Shown in pieces: positions 10,074 to 19,921 of a stretch of DNA of 64,000 nt. The position numbers and the translations under genes were made by a program. The stretch is from an uncultured delta proteobacterium (lineage in GTDB: Bacteria; Myxococcota_A; Polyangia; Polyangiales; Polyangiaceae), in NCBI GenBank assembly GCA_963782055.1, contig CAWAIF010000003.1, positions 3,520,001 through 3,584,000 of the forward strand, written 5' to 3'. Each line of letters begins with the position of its first letter. Within the stretch, counting starts at the first letter, position 1. The notes under the pieces are model-generated. The model made no database searches, was not told the DNA's origin, and saw nothing but the letters and a program-made list of their open reading frames with translations.

Positions 10074-10748
10074 TTGAACGCATCGATCGAAGAGAAGATT
10101 CGTCAGGGTGAGACCTGCCGGATGTTCAAGAGCGACTTCATCGAGTGGTTCTCTCGCATCCACCCGGCGACGCCCTTCGTCACCTACGTCCCGGTCATCC
10201 TCTTCTTCTGGTATCGCACCTGGGCGCGCGGCGACCTCGGCTTCGTCTCCGCGTTCGCGATGGTGGTGACGGGCGTGCTCGCGTGGTCGCTGACGGAGTA
10301 CGTGCTCCACCGCTACGTGTTCCACTTCATCCGCGAGGCGGCGTGGACGAAGCGCATGCACTTCCTCCTGCACGGCGTCCACCACGACTTCCCGAGCGAC
10401 AAGGACCGCCTGGTGATGCCGCTCGGCGCGAGCCTGCCGCTGGCCGTCCTCTTCTACACGGTGTTCTACTTCCTGCTCGGCGGCGTGCGCCTCGCCGAGC
10501 CGCTCTACACCGGCTTCGCCATCGGCTACCTCTGCTACGACGGCCTGCACTACGCGGTGCACCACTTCCGGCAGACGACGAAGGTCGGCAAGTTCCTGAA
10601 GAAGCATCACATGATGCACCACCACGCCGATCACTCCGGCGGCTTCGGCGTCTCCTCGCCGCTGTGGGACCTCGTCTTCCGCACCATGCCCAAGGTGGTG
10701 AAGAAGTCGGAGCTCGCCGCCCGCGCCCGCCAGGCCGCGCAGGGCTGA
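10074..10748 (+). CDS. Fatty acid hydroxylase / sterol desaturase family protein (FA2H-like)
   Basis: His boxes EYVLHRYVFH, HGVHHDFP, YDGLHYAVHH and KKHHMMHHH; GFGVSSPLWD. Probable TTG start at 10074 after GGAGG. Confidence 0.9.
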   Translation: MNASIEEKIRQGETCRMFKSDFIEWFSRIHPATPFVTYVPVILFFWYRTWARGDLGFVSAFAMVVTGVLAWSLTEYVLHRYVFHFIREAAWTKRMHFLLHGVHHDFPSDKDRLVMPLGASLPLAVLFYTVFYFLLGGVRLAEPLYTGFAIGYLCYDGLHYAVHHFRQTTKVGKFLKKHHMMHHHADHSGGFGVSSPLWDLVFRTMPKVVKKSELAARARQAAQG

Positions 10749-10791
10749 GCCAGCGCGCGTCGCCCCAAAGATGAGCCGCCCGCTCGCGGGG

Positions 10792-10974
10792 CTACTTCAC
10801 CGCGACGGCGGGGGCCTGCTCGGTCGGGGCCGGCACGACAGCCACCGAGCGCCCGCTCCGGTCGATCGCCCCGCCGACGCGGGCGCCGAGCGCGAAGGCC
10901 AGGGAAGCGCCGAGCACCACGAAGGCACCGACGTACATCGAACGCAGCCATATCGCTTTGGTCGCCTTGGCCAT
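10792..10974 (-). CDS. Small membrane protein (60 aa)
   Basis: AGGAGG Shine-Dalgarno (SD) upstream of ATG 10974; one hydrophobic helix. Confidence 0.6.
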   Translation of the reverse strand: MAKATKAIWLRSMYVGAFVVLGASLAFALGARVGGAIDRSGRSVAVVPAPTEQAPAVAVK

Positions 10975-11108
10975 GTCGTTCCTCCTCGCGAGCACACCCA
11001 TCATACGCAAGCCCTCCCACGATGGGACCCCCACCCCCCAAAATAGGTAGGGGTCGCACGCACATTTCTTCCGTGCGGCGCCAAGGCTGGGGCGTATATG
11101 CTTGCGCC

Positions 11109-11582
11109 ATGGCGGAGCTGGGCAAGCTGAACCGGGACATCTTTCTGGCGCTGGCGGCCATCGCGTGGGCGGATGGCAAGCTGGATCCGGACGAGGCGGA
11201 CGCGATCGTCCGGGCGGCCGTGGACGCGGGCCTCGAGCTCGAGGAGATCGAGTCGATCGAGGCGGCCACCAAGGAGCGCATCGATCTCGGCGCGGTCGAT
11301 CGGTCGTCCCTCTCCAAGGAGGACCGTCTCTTCGTCTACGCCGTCGCGTGCTGGATCGCGCGCATGGACGGCAAGGTGACGGACGAGGAGGCGCAGGCGC
11401 TGTCGGCGCTCGGGGAGCGGCTCGGCGTGCCGGAGCGCCCGCGCGCCCACGCCGAGTCCATCGCTCAGGAGATCGCCGACCTTCCGGAGGGGGATCGCCC
11501 CGCGCGCTACGATCTACTCCGCCTGCGGACGACCATCGGCGAGCGCCTGCGGGCCGCCCAGGCCGCGCGCGGCGCCCCCTAG
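11109..11582 (+). CDS. TerB-like domain protein
   Basis: Two TerB-like half-sites: AIAWADGKLDPDE and IARMDGKVTDEE. Confidence 0.8.
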   Translation: MAELGKLNRDIFLALAAIAWADGKLDPDEADAIVRAAVDAGLELEEIESIEAATKERIDLGAVDRSSLSKEDRLFVYAVACWIARMDGKVTDEEAQALSALGERLGVPERPRAHAESIAQEIADLPEGDRPARYDLLRLRTTIGERLRAAQAARGAP

Positions 11583-11648
11583 CCCTTTCACGGTCGAGGT
11601 CGCGCACGGCTGCAACCCCGCGCGCGACGATGCTAAGCTCCGCCGACC

Positions 11649-14600
11649 ATGTCGCAGGACAAGCGGCGTCCGGTGGCGGACCCCAAGGCGCAGGACCAGG
11701 CGGCAAGCCCGAAGGCGCCCTCGACGGACGTCGCGGGCCCGCCGGCCGGTGCCTCGGCGAAGGCGGAGCTCAAGAGCGAAGTCGGCTCGGTGCTCGCGCA
11801 GCGCTACGAGGTGGTGCGCGAGCTCGGACGCGGCGGCATGGGCGTCGTCTATCTTTGCCGCGACATCGCGAGCAGCGAGCGCGTGGCGCTCAAGCGCCTG
11901 AAGCTCCCCGACGACAAGGCGGGCAACCGCACCGAGGAGACCTTCTGGTTCCACCAGGAGGCGCGCGCCGTCGCCGCGCTCGACCACCCGGCGATCGTCC
12001 GCGCGCGCGACTTCGGACAGCTCGCCGACGGCTCGCCTTACCTGGCGATGGACGTGCTGCCCGGCCGCAGCGTGCACGAGTGGATGCACACCACCAAGAT
12101 GCCCTTCCCGGTGGTGTGGGCGCTCGTCGATCAGGTCCTCGCCGGCCTCGCCCACGCGCACGCGCGCGGCGTCATCCACGGCGATCTCAAGCCGTCCAAC
12201 GTCATGCTGGACATGGCGAGCAGCAAGGGGCCGCGCGCCTACATCCTCGACCTGGGCCTCGCGTGGCTCCGCGAGCCGCGCCACGACCCGCGCCTGGACG
12301 GCGGGCCGGCGCCGGAGGCCTCGGTGCACTCCGGCGCGGGCACGGTCGGGTGGGTCGCCCCGGAGCAAATCCGTCGCGCCGCGACGCTCGTCGGTCCGCC
12401 CACCGACCTCTACGCGCTCGGCTGCATCATCTACCGCGTGCTGCTCGGGCACGAGGTGTTCGAGGGCAGCGCGCAGGACGTGCTGCGCGCGCACAAGCGC
12501 ACGCCGGTCCCCGCGCTGGAGCTGCCGGAGGGCATCCCCGCCGGCGTGGGGCCGTTCGTGCAGCGGCTGCTCGCCAAGCGGCCGTGGCGTCGCTACGAGT
12601 ACGCCGCGGACGCTCGCCGCGCGTGGGCGGCCTTCCGCCCGGCACAGACGGCGACGCTGGAGGAGGTGATGGCCGCGACCCCGCCGGTGCGCGTGCCGCC
12701 AGCCTCCTCGCGCCCCGCGCTCGGCCGGGCCATGGCCGCCGGGCAGTCGCTGGCGCCCGGGCTGCTGAGCCTGCGCTTCTCGCCCCTCGTCGCGCGCGAG
12801 GAAGAGCGCGGCGAGCTGTGGCAGACGGTGCTGGAGGTGTGCAAGGCGCCCCCGCGCGGGGAGGACTCGCGCAAGATGGTGGCGCTCATCGGGGAGGCCG
12901 GCGTCGGCAAGAGCCGCCTCGCGGAGTGGCTCTGCGAGGAGGTGCACGAGCAGGGCATGATGGTGCCGCTGCGCGCACGCTACGGGCGCATCGCGACCGC
13001 CGTCGACGGCCTGACGGGCGCCATCAACGCGCACCTCGGGCTGGAGGGCGCCGACCGCGCGCTGGTGGAGCAGACGCTCATGCAGCGCTGGGAGGTGGAC
13101 CCCAAGGACGACGCCGCGCTCTCCTGGGTGGCCGCCACCGCGGAGTGGCTGCGGCCGACGCCGCCCGGCGCCGCCGTCCCGCTCGGGCCTTCGGGCAAGC
13201 GCTTCGTGCTGGACACGCCGGAGCTGCGCGCGGTCGTCGTGCAGAAGGTGCTCGAGCGCGTCGGTCACGACAGGCCGGTGCTCATCTGGTTCGACGACCT
13301 GCACCTCTCGTCGCCCAACACCTTCGAGACCCTGGCGCGCGTGCGCACCACCGCGAGCAACCTGCGCATCCTCACCATCGCCACCGCCCGCAGCGAGACG
13401 CTCGCCACCGACCTGGACGCCGCCCTGCGCCTGGAGGCCGCCCGCGCCGACTGGAGCGGCAAGGTGATGGACCTACAGCCGCTCGCTCCGGAGGAGACGC
13501 AGGCGCTGCTCAAGGCCACCCTCCCGCTCACCGAGCAGGCCGTGCACAAGGCCGTCGCGCAGAGCCGCGGCAACCCGCTCTTCGCGCTGCAGCTCCTCCA
13601 CGCCTGGGCCGGCGGTGGCTACCTGAAGCTCGTCGGCAACAAGTACCAGGTGCCGGAGACAGCCCTCGAGGGCAAGGCCATCACCACCTCCGAGCTGTGG
13701 GACGAGCGCCTGCGCGCGGTGCCCACCTCGCTGCGGCTCGCCGCGTACGCCGCCGCCGCGCTGGGGGAGGACATCCGCGGCACCGTGCTCAAGACCCTGG
13801 TGGCGTCGCTCGGCATGGACGCGCGGGAGGCGCTGGTCGCCCTCCGGCGCGCCCAGATCCTGCTCGCCTCCGGCAACGATCAGTACCGCTGGCCGCACGC
13901 GCTGTTGCTGGAGCACCTGCTGGTGCGCCTCTCCGAGCGCCACGATGCCCCCGCCATCTTCCGCCTCGCCGCCAACGCGCTCGCCAAGCACCCGGCGGCG
14001 GGCTCGCGGCGCATCATGAAGCACCGCGTGACCAACCTGCTGCGCGCGGGCGACGACGAGCCGGCGGCGCGGCTGATGTTCCGCTTCATCGAGGGCTCGT
14101 GGCAGCGCGGGCGCGACACCGCCGCGACGCTCCGCGATCTGGAGCTGCTCGGTGGCCACGTCACCGGCGCGACGGAGGCGGAGTACCGGTACTGGCGCGC
14201 CGAGGCGCTGCGGCACGCGGGCCGCTTCGAAGAGGCGCAGGAGAACGCCCGCCACGCGCGTGCGGCGTTCGCCACCGCGGGGGACCGCGCGCACGAGGCC
14301 CAGAGCCTGCGGCTGCTCGGGCACATCGCCAGCGACCGCGGACAGCCCGCGGCGGGTCTCAAGCTCGCCGAGCAGGCGCTCACCATCTTCGAGCAGATCG
14401 GCGAGGAGGCTGGGCAGGCCACGACGATGGTCGTCGTCGGGGAGATCCAGTACCTGCTCGGCAGCCACGGGCAGGCGCGCGCCATCCTGAAGGAGGCGAG
14501 CGCGCGGTGCAGCGCCCTGGGCGATCCGCTCGGCCGCGCGCAGTGCCTCATCCTGCTGGCGATGATCAACACCGCGGGCGGCGCCTACCGCCGCTCGCGC

Positions 14601-15266
14601 GAGCTCCTGCTCGAGGCGCGCGCGGAGTTCGACGGCATCGGCTACCGCCTGGGCATGGCCCAGTGCGACGTCGTCCTCGGCCACGCCGACCACCGCGCCT
14701 TCGACATGGAGCGGGCCCGCTCGGCCGCGCTGGCGGCGCGCGCGTCCTTCCGCGATCTGCAGAACCCGCGCGGCGAGGCGGCGTGCGAGCGCCTGCTCGC
14801 CATGATCGCCATCGACACCGACGACCTCACCGCCGCCCGCGGCCACGCGGGCGCCGCGCTCGCGCTGATGGACCGTCTGCAGGACCCGTGGGGCATCCTG
14901 GAGGCGAAGCTGCTGCAGGCGCAGATCGCCCTCGCGCTGGAGGAGCCGCGCGCACGCGAGCTGGTGGAGGACGCGCAGACCTACGTGCTGGACGAGGCGG
15001 AGCCGCGGCAGCACCGGCACCTGGTCAACGCCTGGCTCGCCAACCTGGAGGAGCGCTGGGACGACGCGGTGGCGGAGCTGGACCTGGCTCGCGCCGCCTT
15101 CGGCGACAGCCACCGCACGGGCGACCACACCCCGCAGCTCCTCGCCCGCTTCGGACGGATGGCCTGGCTGGCGCCCGCCGCCGCGCGTGTGGACTCGTGG
15201 CTGAGCGCCCTCGAGAAGATCAACGCCGACGTCACCGCGCAGGTCCCGGTCCCCTCGTCGCGCTGA
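11649..15266 (+). CDS. Ser/Thr protein kinase fused to AAA-ATPase and TPR domains
   Basis: LGRGGMGVVY, HGDLKPSN, APEQ; Walker A GEAGVGKS; WFDDLH; C-terminal TPR-like repeats. Confidence 0.92.
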   Translation: MSQDKRRPVADPKAQDQAASPKAPSTDVAGPPAGASAKAELKSEVGSVLAQRYEVVRELGRGGMGVVYLCRDIASSERVALKRLKLPDDKAGNRTEETFWFHQEARAVAALDHPAIVRARDFGQLADGSPYLAMDVLPGRSVHEWMHTTKMPFPVVWALVDQVLAGLAHAHARGVIHGDLKPSNVMLDMASSKGPRAYILDLGLAWLREPRHDPRLDGGPAPEASVHSGAGTVGWVAPEQIRRAATLVGPPTDLYALGCIIYRVLLGHEVFEGSAQDVLRAHKRTPVPALELPEGIPAGVGPFVQRLLAKRPWRRYEYAADARRAWAAFRPAQTATLEEVMAATPPVRVPPASSRPALGRAMAAGQSLAPGLLSLRFSPLVAREEERGELWQTVLEVCKAPPRGEDSRKMVALIGEAGVGKSRLAEWLCEEVHEQGMMVPLRARYGRIATAVDGLTGAINAHLGLEGADRALVEQTLMQRWEVDPKDDAALSWVAATAEWLRPTPPGAAVPLGPSGKRFVLDTPELRAVVVQKVLERVGHDRPVLIWFDDLHLSSPNTFETLARVRTTASNLRILTIATARSETLATDLDAALRLEAARADWSGKVMDLQPLAPEETQALLKATLPLTEQAVHKAVAQSRGNPLFALQLLHAWAGGGYLKLVGNKYQVPETALEGKAITTSELWDERLRAVPTSLRLAAYAAAALGEDIRGTVLKTLVASLGMDAREALVALRRAQILLASGNDQYRWPHALLLEHLLVRLSERHDAPAIFRLAANALAKHPAAGSRRIMKHRVTNLLRAGDDEPAARLMFRFIEGSWQRGRDTAATLRDLELLGGHVTGATEAEYRYWRAEALRHAGRFEEAQENARHARAAFATAGDRAHEAQSLRLLGHIASDRGQPAAGLKLAEQALTIFEQIGEEAGQATTMVVVGEIQYLLGSHGQARAILKEASARCSALGDPLGRAQCLILLAMINTAGGAYRRSRELLLEARAEFDGIGYRLGMAQCDVVLGHADHRAFDMERARSAALAARASFRDLQNPRGEAACERLLAMIAIDTDDLTAARGHAGAALALMDRLQDPWGILEAKLLQAQIALALEEPRARELVEDAQTYVLDEAEPRQHRHLVNAWLANLEERWDDAVAELDLARAAFGDSHRTGDHTPQLLARFGRMAWLAPAAARVDSWLSALEKINADVTAQVPVPSSR

Positions 15267-15290
15267 GACGGGGCCGGGGGGGGTGGGCCT

Positions 15291-15764
15291 TCACCAGCGG
15301 TGATACGCCGGGTGGCCCGGCTTCACCGCGACGAAGGTGCCGCGGCAGGTGGCGGTCACCTTGTCGTTGGCGGTGATCGTCGCCTCCACCACCGCGCGGT
15401 CCGGGCCCGATTCCACCACCTTCGCCCGCAGGTGGAGCGTGGCGTCGAGGGGTGTCGGCCGCTTGAGGGTGACGTGGAAGTCGGCGGTGACGGTGCAGGG
15501 CGGCGCGTCGGCGCCCGACGCCTTCATCAGGTGCATCGTCGCCATCCAGTTGGAGTGGCAGTCCAGCAGCGCGCCGCAGATGCCGCCGTTGAGCACGTCG
15601 GGGAAGGCGAGGTGGTGCGGCTCGGGCTTCCAGTCGCACACGAGCTCGTCGCCCTCCTCGAAGCTGCGGATGCGAAGGCCCTTGGCGTTGGCCGGGCCGC
15701 ACCCGAAGCACTCGTTGTGGGGGGCGTAGCGCTCCTGCACGCTGGGGCCCGAGCGCTCCGTCAC
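15291..15764 (-). CDS. PaaI family (hotdog fold) thioesterase
   Basis: CFGCGPANAKGL...VLNGGICGALLDCH...VTADFHVTLKRPTP; GTG start overlaps the upstream stop. Confidence 0.88.
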   Translation of the reverse strand: MTERSGPSVQERYAPHNECFGCGPANAKGLRIRSFEEGDELVCDWKPEPHHLAFPDVLNGGICGALLDCHSNWMATMHLMKASGADAPPCTVTADFHVTLKRPTPLDATLHLRAKVVESGPDRAVVEATITANDKVTATCRGTFVAVKPGHPAYHRW

Positions 15765-15886
15765 TTCTTCTTTTCCTTGGCGGGGGCGGCGGGCTTCTTC
15801 TCCTGCTTGTCGCGCCACTCGGCCAGCTTCTTGGCGCGGCGCCGCTTCTGCTTGTGGCGCTTGGCGGGGGCTTGCGGGGTCGTCAT
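15761..15886 (-). CDS. Small basic protein (41 aa)
   Basis: MTTPQAPAKRHKQKRRRAKKLAEWRDKQEKKPAAPAKEKKK; GGAG SD; stop overlaps the thioesterase start (GTGA). Confidence 0.65.
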   Translation of the reverse strand: MTTPQAPAKRHKQKRRRAKKLAEWRDKQEKKPAAPAKEKKK

Positions 15887-16006
15887 GGGGGCATCTCCGT
15901 GCTGCGCGCGAAACCGCTCCGCGCGGCGCAGCACGGTAGTCGCTCCTTGCGCACACGCAAGAGAGGAACGCCGCCTCGACGCCGGGCGGGCAGGCGTGAC
16001 GACCGG

Positions 16007-16867
16007 TCAGGTCGCCTGCTTGACGTCCACCATGGCGCGGCTCACGTCCTCGAGGGACTCGCCGACGTGCAGGGCGCTCTTGAGGGCGGCGTCGTCGAGG
16101 CCGACGGCCGCCGCGCGCGCGGTGTCCGCCGCCGTGTACGCGCGGGAGAGGGCCGTGACGTGATCGCGGATGCGCTGGTCGACCATCTCGACCACCGCCA
16201 GGGCCGTGGCGCCGGCGGGCTCCCTCTGGGCGCGGGCGCGGTTGCGCTCCAGTCGCACGCGGGCGTTGGCGAGCTTCAGCAGCGTGCCCCACGTGCGGTG
16301 CACGCCCTTGTCGGCGGCCACGTCACCGGGCACGTCCTCCACCTGCCGGCGCAGCTCGGCGCCGTCGCGAAGGGCGGCGCGCGCGGGGTCGCTGACACGC
16401 GCCGACGCGCTCTCCAGCGCGTGCGCGAGCGGGTCGTCGGCGTCGACGAGCAGGGGAAGGGCGACGAGCACCGCGGCGACGACGACGGCCACCGCGCGCA
16501 CCGCGGGCGAGGCGCTGCCGTAGGCCGCCGCGAGCGATCCGGCGAGGGCGCCCACCAGCAGCGTGGAGCCGACGTGCAGCAGCCGGGCCTGCGTGCCGCG
16601 CACGCGCGAGGTGCGCTCGGCGAAGGCGAGCGCGACGAGGACCGCGCCGCCCGCGGCGGGGGAGACGCTCCCGAGGACCGTCCCGGCGAGCGCGCCGGCT
16701 GCGCCGCCGGCGACGGCGAGGGACTGGAAGGCGCCGCTGGCCGCGAGGGCCAGGCCGACGGCGAGCGCCACCAGCCAGGCGGAGCCGGGCACGACCCCGA
16801 AGCGGGTGGCGAGCGGCGCCAGGCCGAAGGCGCAGGCGGCGGCGACGAGAAGGAGGATCTTGCGCAT
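16007..16867 (-). CDS. Membrane protein with C-terminal helical domain
   Basis: Several hydrophobic segments; AGGAG SD; directly after the vWA gene. Confidence 0.7.
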   Translation of the reverse strand: MRKILLLVAAACAFGLAPLATRFGVVPGSAWLVALAVGLALAASGAFQSLAVAGGAAGALAGTVLGSVSPAAGGAVLVALAFAERTSRVRGTQARLLHVGSTLLVGALAGSLAAAYGSASPAVRAVAVVVAAVLVALPLLVDADDPLAHALESASARVSDPARAALRDGAELRRQVEDVPGDVAADKGVHRTWGTLLKLANARVRLERNRARAQREPAGATALAVVEMVDQRIRDHVTALSRAYTAADTARAAAVGLDDAALKSALHVGESLEDVSRAMVDVKQAT

Positions 16868-16876
16868 GACGGGCTC

Positions 16877-18307
16877 CTAGAAGGCCTTCCGGGCGAGGTT
16901 GCTGCTGTCGATCTCGTAGGCGCGCTTGGCGGCCGCCCTGCCGGCAAGGGAGCCGGGGGCCGCCCTGAAGCGGTGCTTGGTGGCGGCATAGGTCTTCTGC
17001 TGGTTCACCAGGGCGGCGGCCGCAGGTGCGGGCGCGTCCGCGGCGACCGCGCCGAGGTCGGCGATGTTCTGATCGATGAGCCCCTGCGCGCGCGTCACGT
17101 CGCCCTTGGCGTAGGCCTCGGCCGCCTCCAGCTCGCGCTGGGAGGCGATGACGCTGGTCGCGCTGGCGAGCACCGCGCCGTCGCGCCCCTCCGCGACGAC
17201 CTTCGGGTCGATGGTGCCGGCGATGGCGAGGCCGCCGAAGGCGACGTCCTGCGAGCCCCGCGCGTCCCCGACGACCGTCCAGAGGGCGTGACCGCCGAGG
17301 GGAGCCCTCTCGCCGTCGCCCAGGCGCGCGGTCACGTGGACGATGGCGCGTCGCTCGTCACCGGCGAAGAGCGCCCCGAGGCGCAGCTCCACCTCGTCGT
17401 CGTCGATGACGCGCGCGTCGGCGCCGGAGGCGCTGACGAAGCGCACGCCGGGCGCCAGGTGCAGCCGCACCCTCGCGTCCTCGATGGTGGTCGCCGCGGC
17501 CTCGTCCAGCTCGCGGTGCAGGAAGCCGGCGAGGGCAGGGGCGTCCTTGACGAACCCGAAGTTGCCGTGGCCGGCCTGCGAGACCCCGCTCATGTAGGCC
17601 TCGTCGAAGTCCAGCCCGATGCCCAGCGTCGAGACGGTGACGCCCTTCTCGAACGCCTCCTTCGCCATGCGGGTGCTCTCCGGGCGGGAGGAGTCCAGAC
17701 CGTCGCTCACCAGCACGACGCGGTCGACGCGCCCCGTGCCCGCCTCCTCCAGCGCGTGCAGGCCGCTCGAGAGGCCGCGGGGGATGGCGGTCCCGCCCTC
17801 CGCCTCGATGTGACGAACGCGCTGGTTGACCTCCTCGCGGACCTCGCCGAGGCGCGCGAGCGGCTGCACCACCGTGGCGTCGTCGGAGTAGCGGATGACG
17901 GCGATCTCGTCGTCGTCGCGCATGTCGCGCACCAGCGCCAGGACCGCGTTCTTCGCCTGGTCGATCTTCTCGCCGTACATCGACCCGGAGGTGTCGAGCA
18001 CCACCGCGAGGGCGAGGGGAGCGCGCTCCTGCTCGCGCCCGCTGCGATCGGCGTGCAGGCTCACCTCGGCGTACACGTCGCGCTCGCCGCCGCTCAGGAC
18101 GGCGGTGTGGCTGAGCGAGACGGTGCCGTGCGCGCCCTGGCCGGAGAAGGACGCGACGTTGCCGGTGGGGTTGGTCATGAGCGGCTGACCGACGGCGCCG
18201 GCCGCGGGCGCGCGGAACAGCACGAGGCCTCCGGTGGCGAGGACGACGGCGCTCGCGGCGATTCCGCGTCGGATCCGTGGGCTTGCGAGCCATGCAGCGA
18301 TCGACAT
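16877..18307 (-). CDS. vWA domain protein
   Basis: MIDAS VLDTSGSM; GGTAI; VLVSDG; N-terminal membrane anchor. Confidence 0.9.
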   Translation of the reverse strand: MSIAAWLASPRIRRGIAASAVVLATGGLVLFRAPAAGAVGQPLMTNPTGNVASFSGQGAHGTVSLSHTAVLSGGERDVYAEVSLHADRSGREQERAPLALAVVLDTSGSMYGEKIDQAKNAVLALVRDMRDDDEIAVIRYSDDATVVQPLARLGEVREEVNQRVRHIEAEGGTAIPRGLSSGLHALEEAGTGRVDRVVLVSDGLDSSRPESTRMAKEAFEKGVTVSTLGIGLDFDEAYMSGVSQAGHGNFGFVKDAPALAGFLHRELDEAAATTIEDARVRLHLAPGVRFVSASGADARVIDDDEVELRLGALFAGDERRAIVHVTARLGDGERAPLGGHALWTVVGDARGSQDVAFGGLAIAGTIDPKVVAEGRDGAVLASATSVIASQRELEAAEAYAKGDVTRAQGLIDQNIADLGAVAADAPAPAAAALVNQQKTYAATKHRFRAAPGSLAGRAAAKRAYEIDSSNLARKAF

Positions 18308-18469
18308 GAGGGTCCTTTGGTGGGGCTGTCGTCCTTAGGACGCCTCACGCGCCGAAAAGTTCTCCGGAACTGGCGGCCCTCCGGTGGCCGCTAATTTCAC
18401 TTCGGCGATCGCGCTCCGATACGATTTCTCATGGGTCGGGCGCGCGTGTCCGGCCCCCCGGAGGTCACC

Positions 18470-18886
18470 ATGTTCTTCGTTCCCCGCAATCAGCGCGTCA
18501 GCACGCGCCACGCCGTCGAGTTGTCCTGCCAGGTCGTGCGGGAGCGTGATTTCCGCCTCGTCGGCGACACCACCCTCGACCTCTCCGCGGAGGGGATGCT
18601 CGTCCGGTCGGTCGCCGACCTCACCCCGGGGGAGGACGTCCTCGTCTCCTTCCACGCGAAGAAGCTGGGCATCTGGTTCGACATGGACGCCAGGGTGGCG
18701 CGGGTGATCCGCGGCCGCCGCCCGACCGACCGGGGCCGCGCCATCGGCCTGCGCTTCCACGACATCTCGCCCATCTCGCGGCTGATCCTGCGCGGCCACC
18801 TGCGTCGCCTCCCGCCGCCGGTGCCTCGCCGCGAGGTGCGCGTGGACTACGCCGAGACCGTGCGGCGCATCGCCGAGCTTTCCTGA
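18470..18886 (+). CDS. PilZ domain protein
   Basis: QRVSTR (RxxxR) and DLSAEG (DxSxxG) motifs; GGAGG SD. Confidence 0.85.
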   Translation: MFFVPRNQRVSTRHAVELSCQVVRERDFRLVGDTTLDLSAEGMLVRSVADLTPGEDVLVSFHAKKLGIWFDMDARVARVIRGRRPTDRGRAIGLRFHDISPISRLILRGHLRRLPPPVPRREVRVDYAETVRRIAELS

Positions 18887-18893
18887 GCCGCGG

Positions 18894-19871
18894 CTAGCTC
18901 TCCTCCGGGGGAGCGCCGCCGCCGCTGCGGGCGAGGTCCTCCTGCCGGACCTTGTCCACGTTGAAGCGCGCCGCGCGGTCGCGCATGGTGGTCAGCACCT
19001 GCGTGACGCCCGGCAGGTCGCCCTTGATCCACCGCAGCGGGTTGATGCGCGCGACGACGAAGGGGCGGAGGTACGGGCTGGTGAGCCCGCGCTCGCGCAG
19101 GCCGGCGACGACGGCCGAGACCTTCGCCTCCACCTCCTGCACCAGCGCCGCGGTCTTCTCCCGCGCGGCCAGGGCGTCGCGTAGCGGCTCCGCCGAGAAC
19201 ACCTCCAGGCGGCGGAGCACCGGGTGGTACGCGCCGCCGGGGAAGCGCCCGTCCTTCTCGTAGCAGAGGCCGAGCGTCACCAGCGCGGGGTCCTCCAGGT
19301 AGAAGGCGAAGGACTCCTCCGGGGCGCGGGCGGCGGCGACACCGCGCGCCGCGGGGGCCTCCTCCATCAGGTTGCGGTAGATGCGGATGACCTCCATCGC
19401 CCGCTCGCGCAGGTTGTGGGCCTTCTCGGTGTTGAGCGCGAGGATCTGCCAGGCGACCTCGTGCTCCGGGACGACCAGCGCGGTGATCGCCTTCGCCCCC
19501 AGCTTGCGCATCGCCTGCAGGCGGTGGTTGCCGTTGGGCGTCCAGAAGCCGCCGCCGGGCGCCGTCACGCACACGATGGGGTCGAGGTAGCGGCCGGTCT
19601 TGTCGATGACGTCCATCAGCCGCTTCTCGTGCGGGGCGGAGACGTCGCGCTGGAAGGGGGTGGGCTCCACCTTCTCGGCGGGGAGCATCGCCATCACCAG
19701 CGTGCGGCCGGCGAAGGGATCGCGGTACGCGCCGATGACGACGCCGCCCTCCTTCGCGATGCGTGCGCCGGTTTCGCCCGCGTCGACGTCGCCGACGCAG
19801 TCCTCCGGCGCGAGCAGCGCGCGCTTCTCGGTGTGCTTCTTCTTGCGCACGGGCTTCTTCCGGGCGGCCAT
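18894..19871 (-). CDS. ParB/Srx N-terminal domain protein
   Basis: VEPTPFQRD...YLDPIVCV...TPNGNHRLQAM...ILALNTEK. Confidence 0.8.
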   Translation of the reverse strand: MAARKKPVRKKKHTEKRALLAPEDCVGDVDAGETGARIAKEGGVVIGAYRDPFAGRTLVMAMLPAEKVEPTPFQRDVSAPHEKRLMDVIDKTGRYLDPIVCVTAPGGGFWTPNGNHRLQAMRKLGAKAITALVVPEHEVAWQILALNTEKAHNLRERAMEVIRIYRNLMEEAPAARGVAAARAPEESFAFYLEDPALVTLGLCYEKDGRFPGGAYHPVLRRLEVFSAEPLRDALAAREKTAALVQEVEAKVSAVVAGLRERGLTSPYLRPFVVARINPLRWIKGDLPGVTQVLTTMRDRAARFNVDKVRQEDLARSGGGAPPEES

Positions 19872-19921
19872 GCCTCCGGGACTAGCACCCGGGCCCTCCG
19901 GACTGAAGAGCACACGGTCCG

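Noticed and set aside
11102..15376. Very long alternative-frame ORFs (e.g. 11102-15376, 41969-45553, 6288-8918, 19991-22456)
   Set aside because: Shadow ORFs typical of high-GC DNA: Arg/Gly/Ala-rich, no motifs, overlapping well-supported genes.
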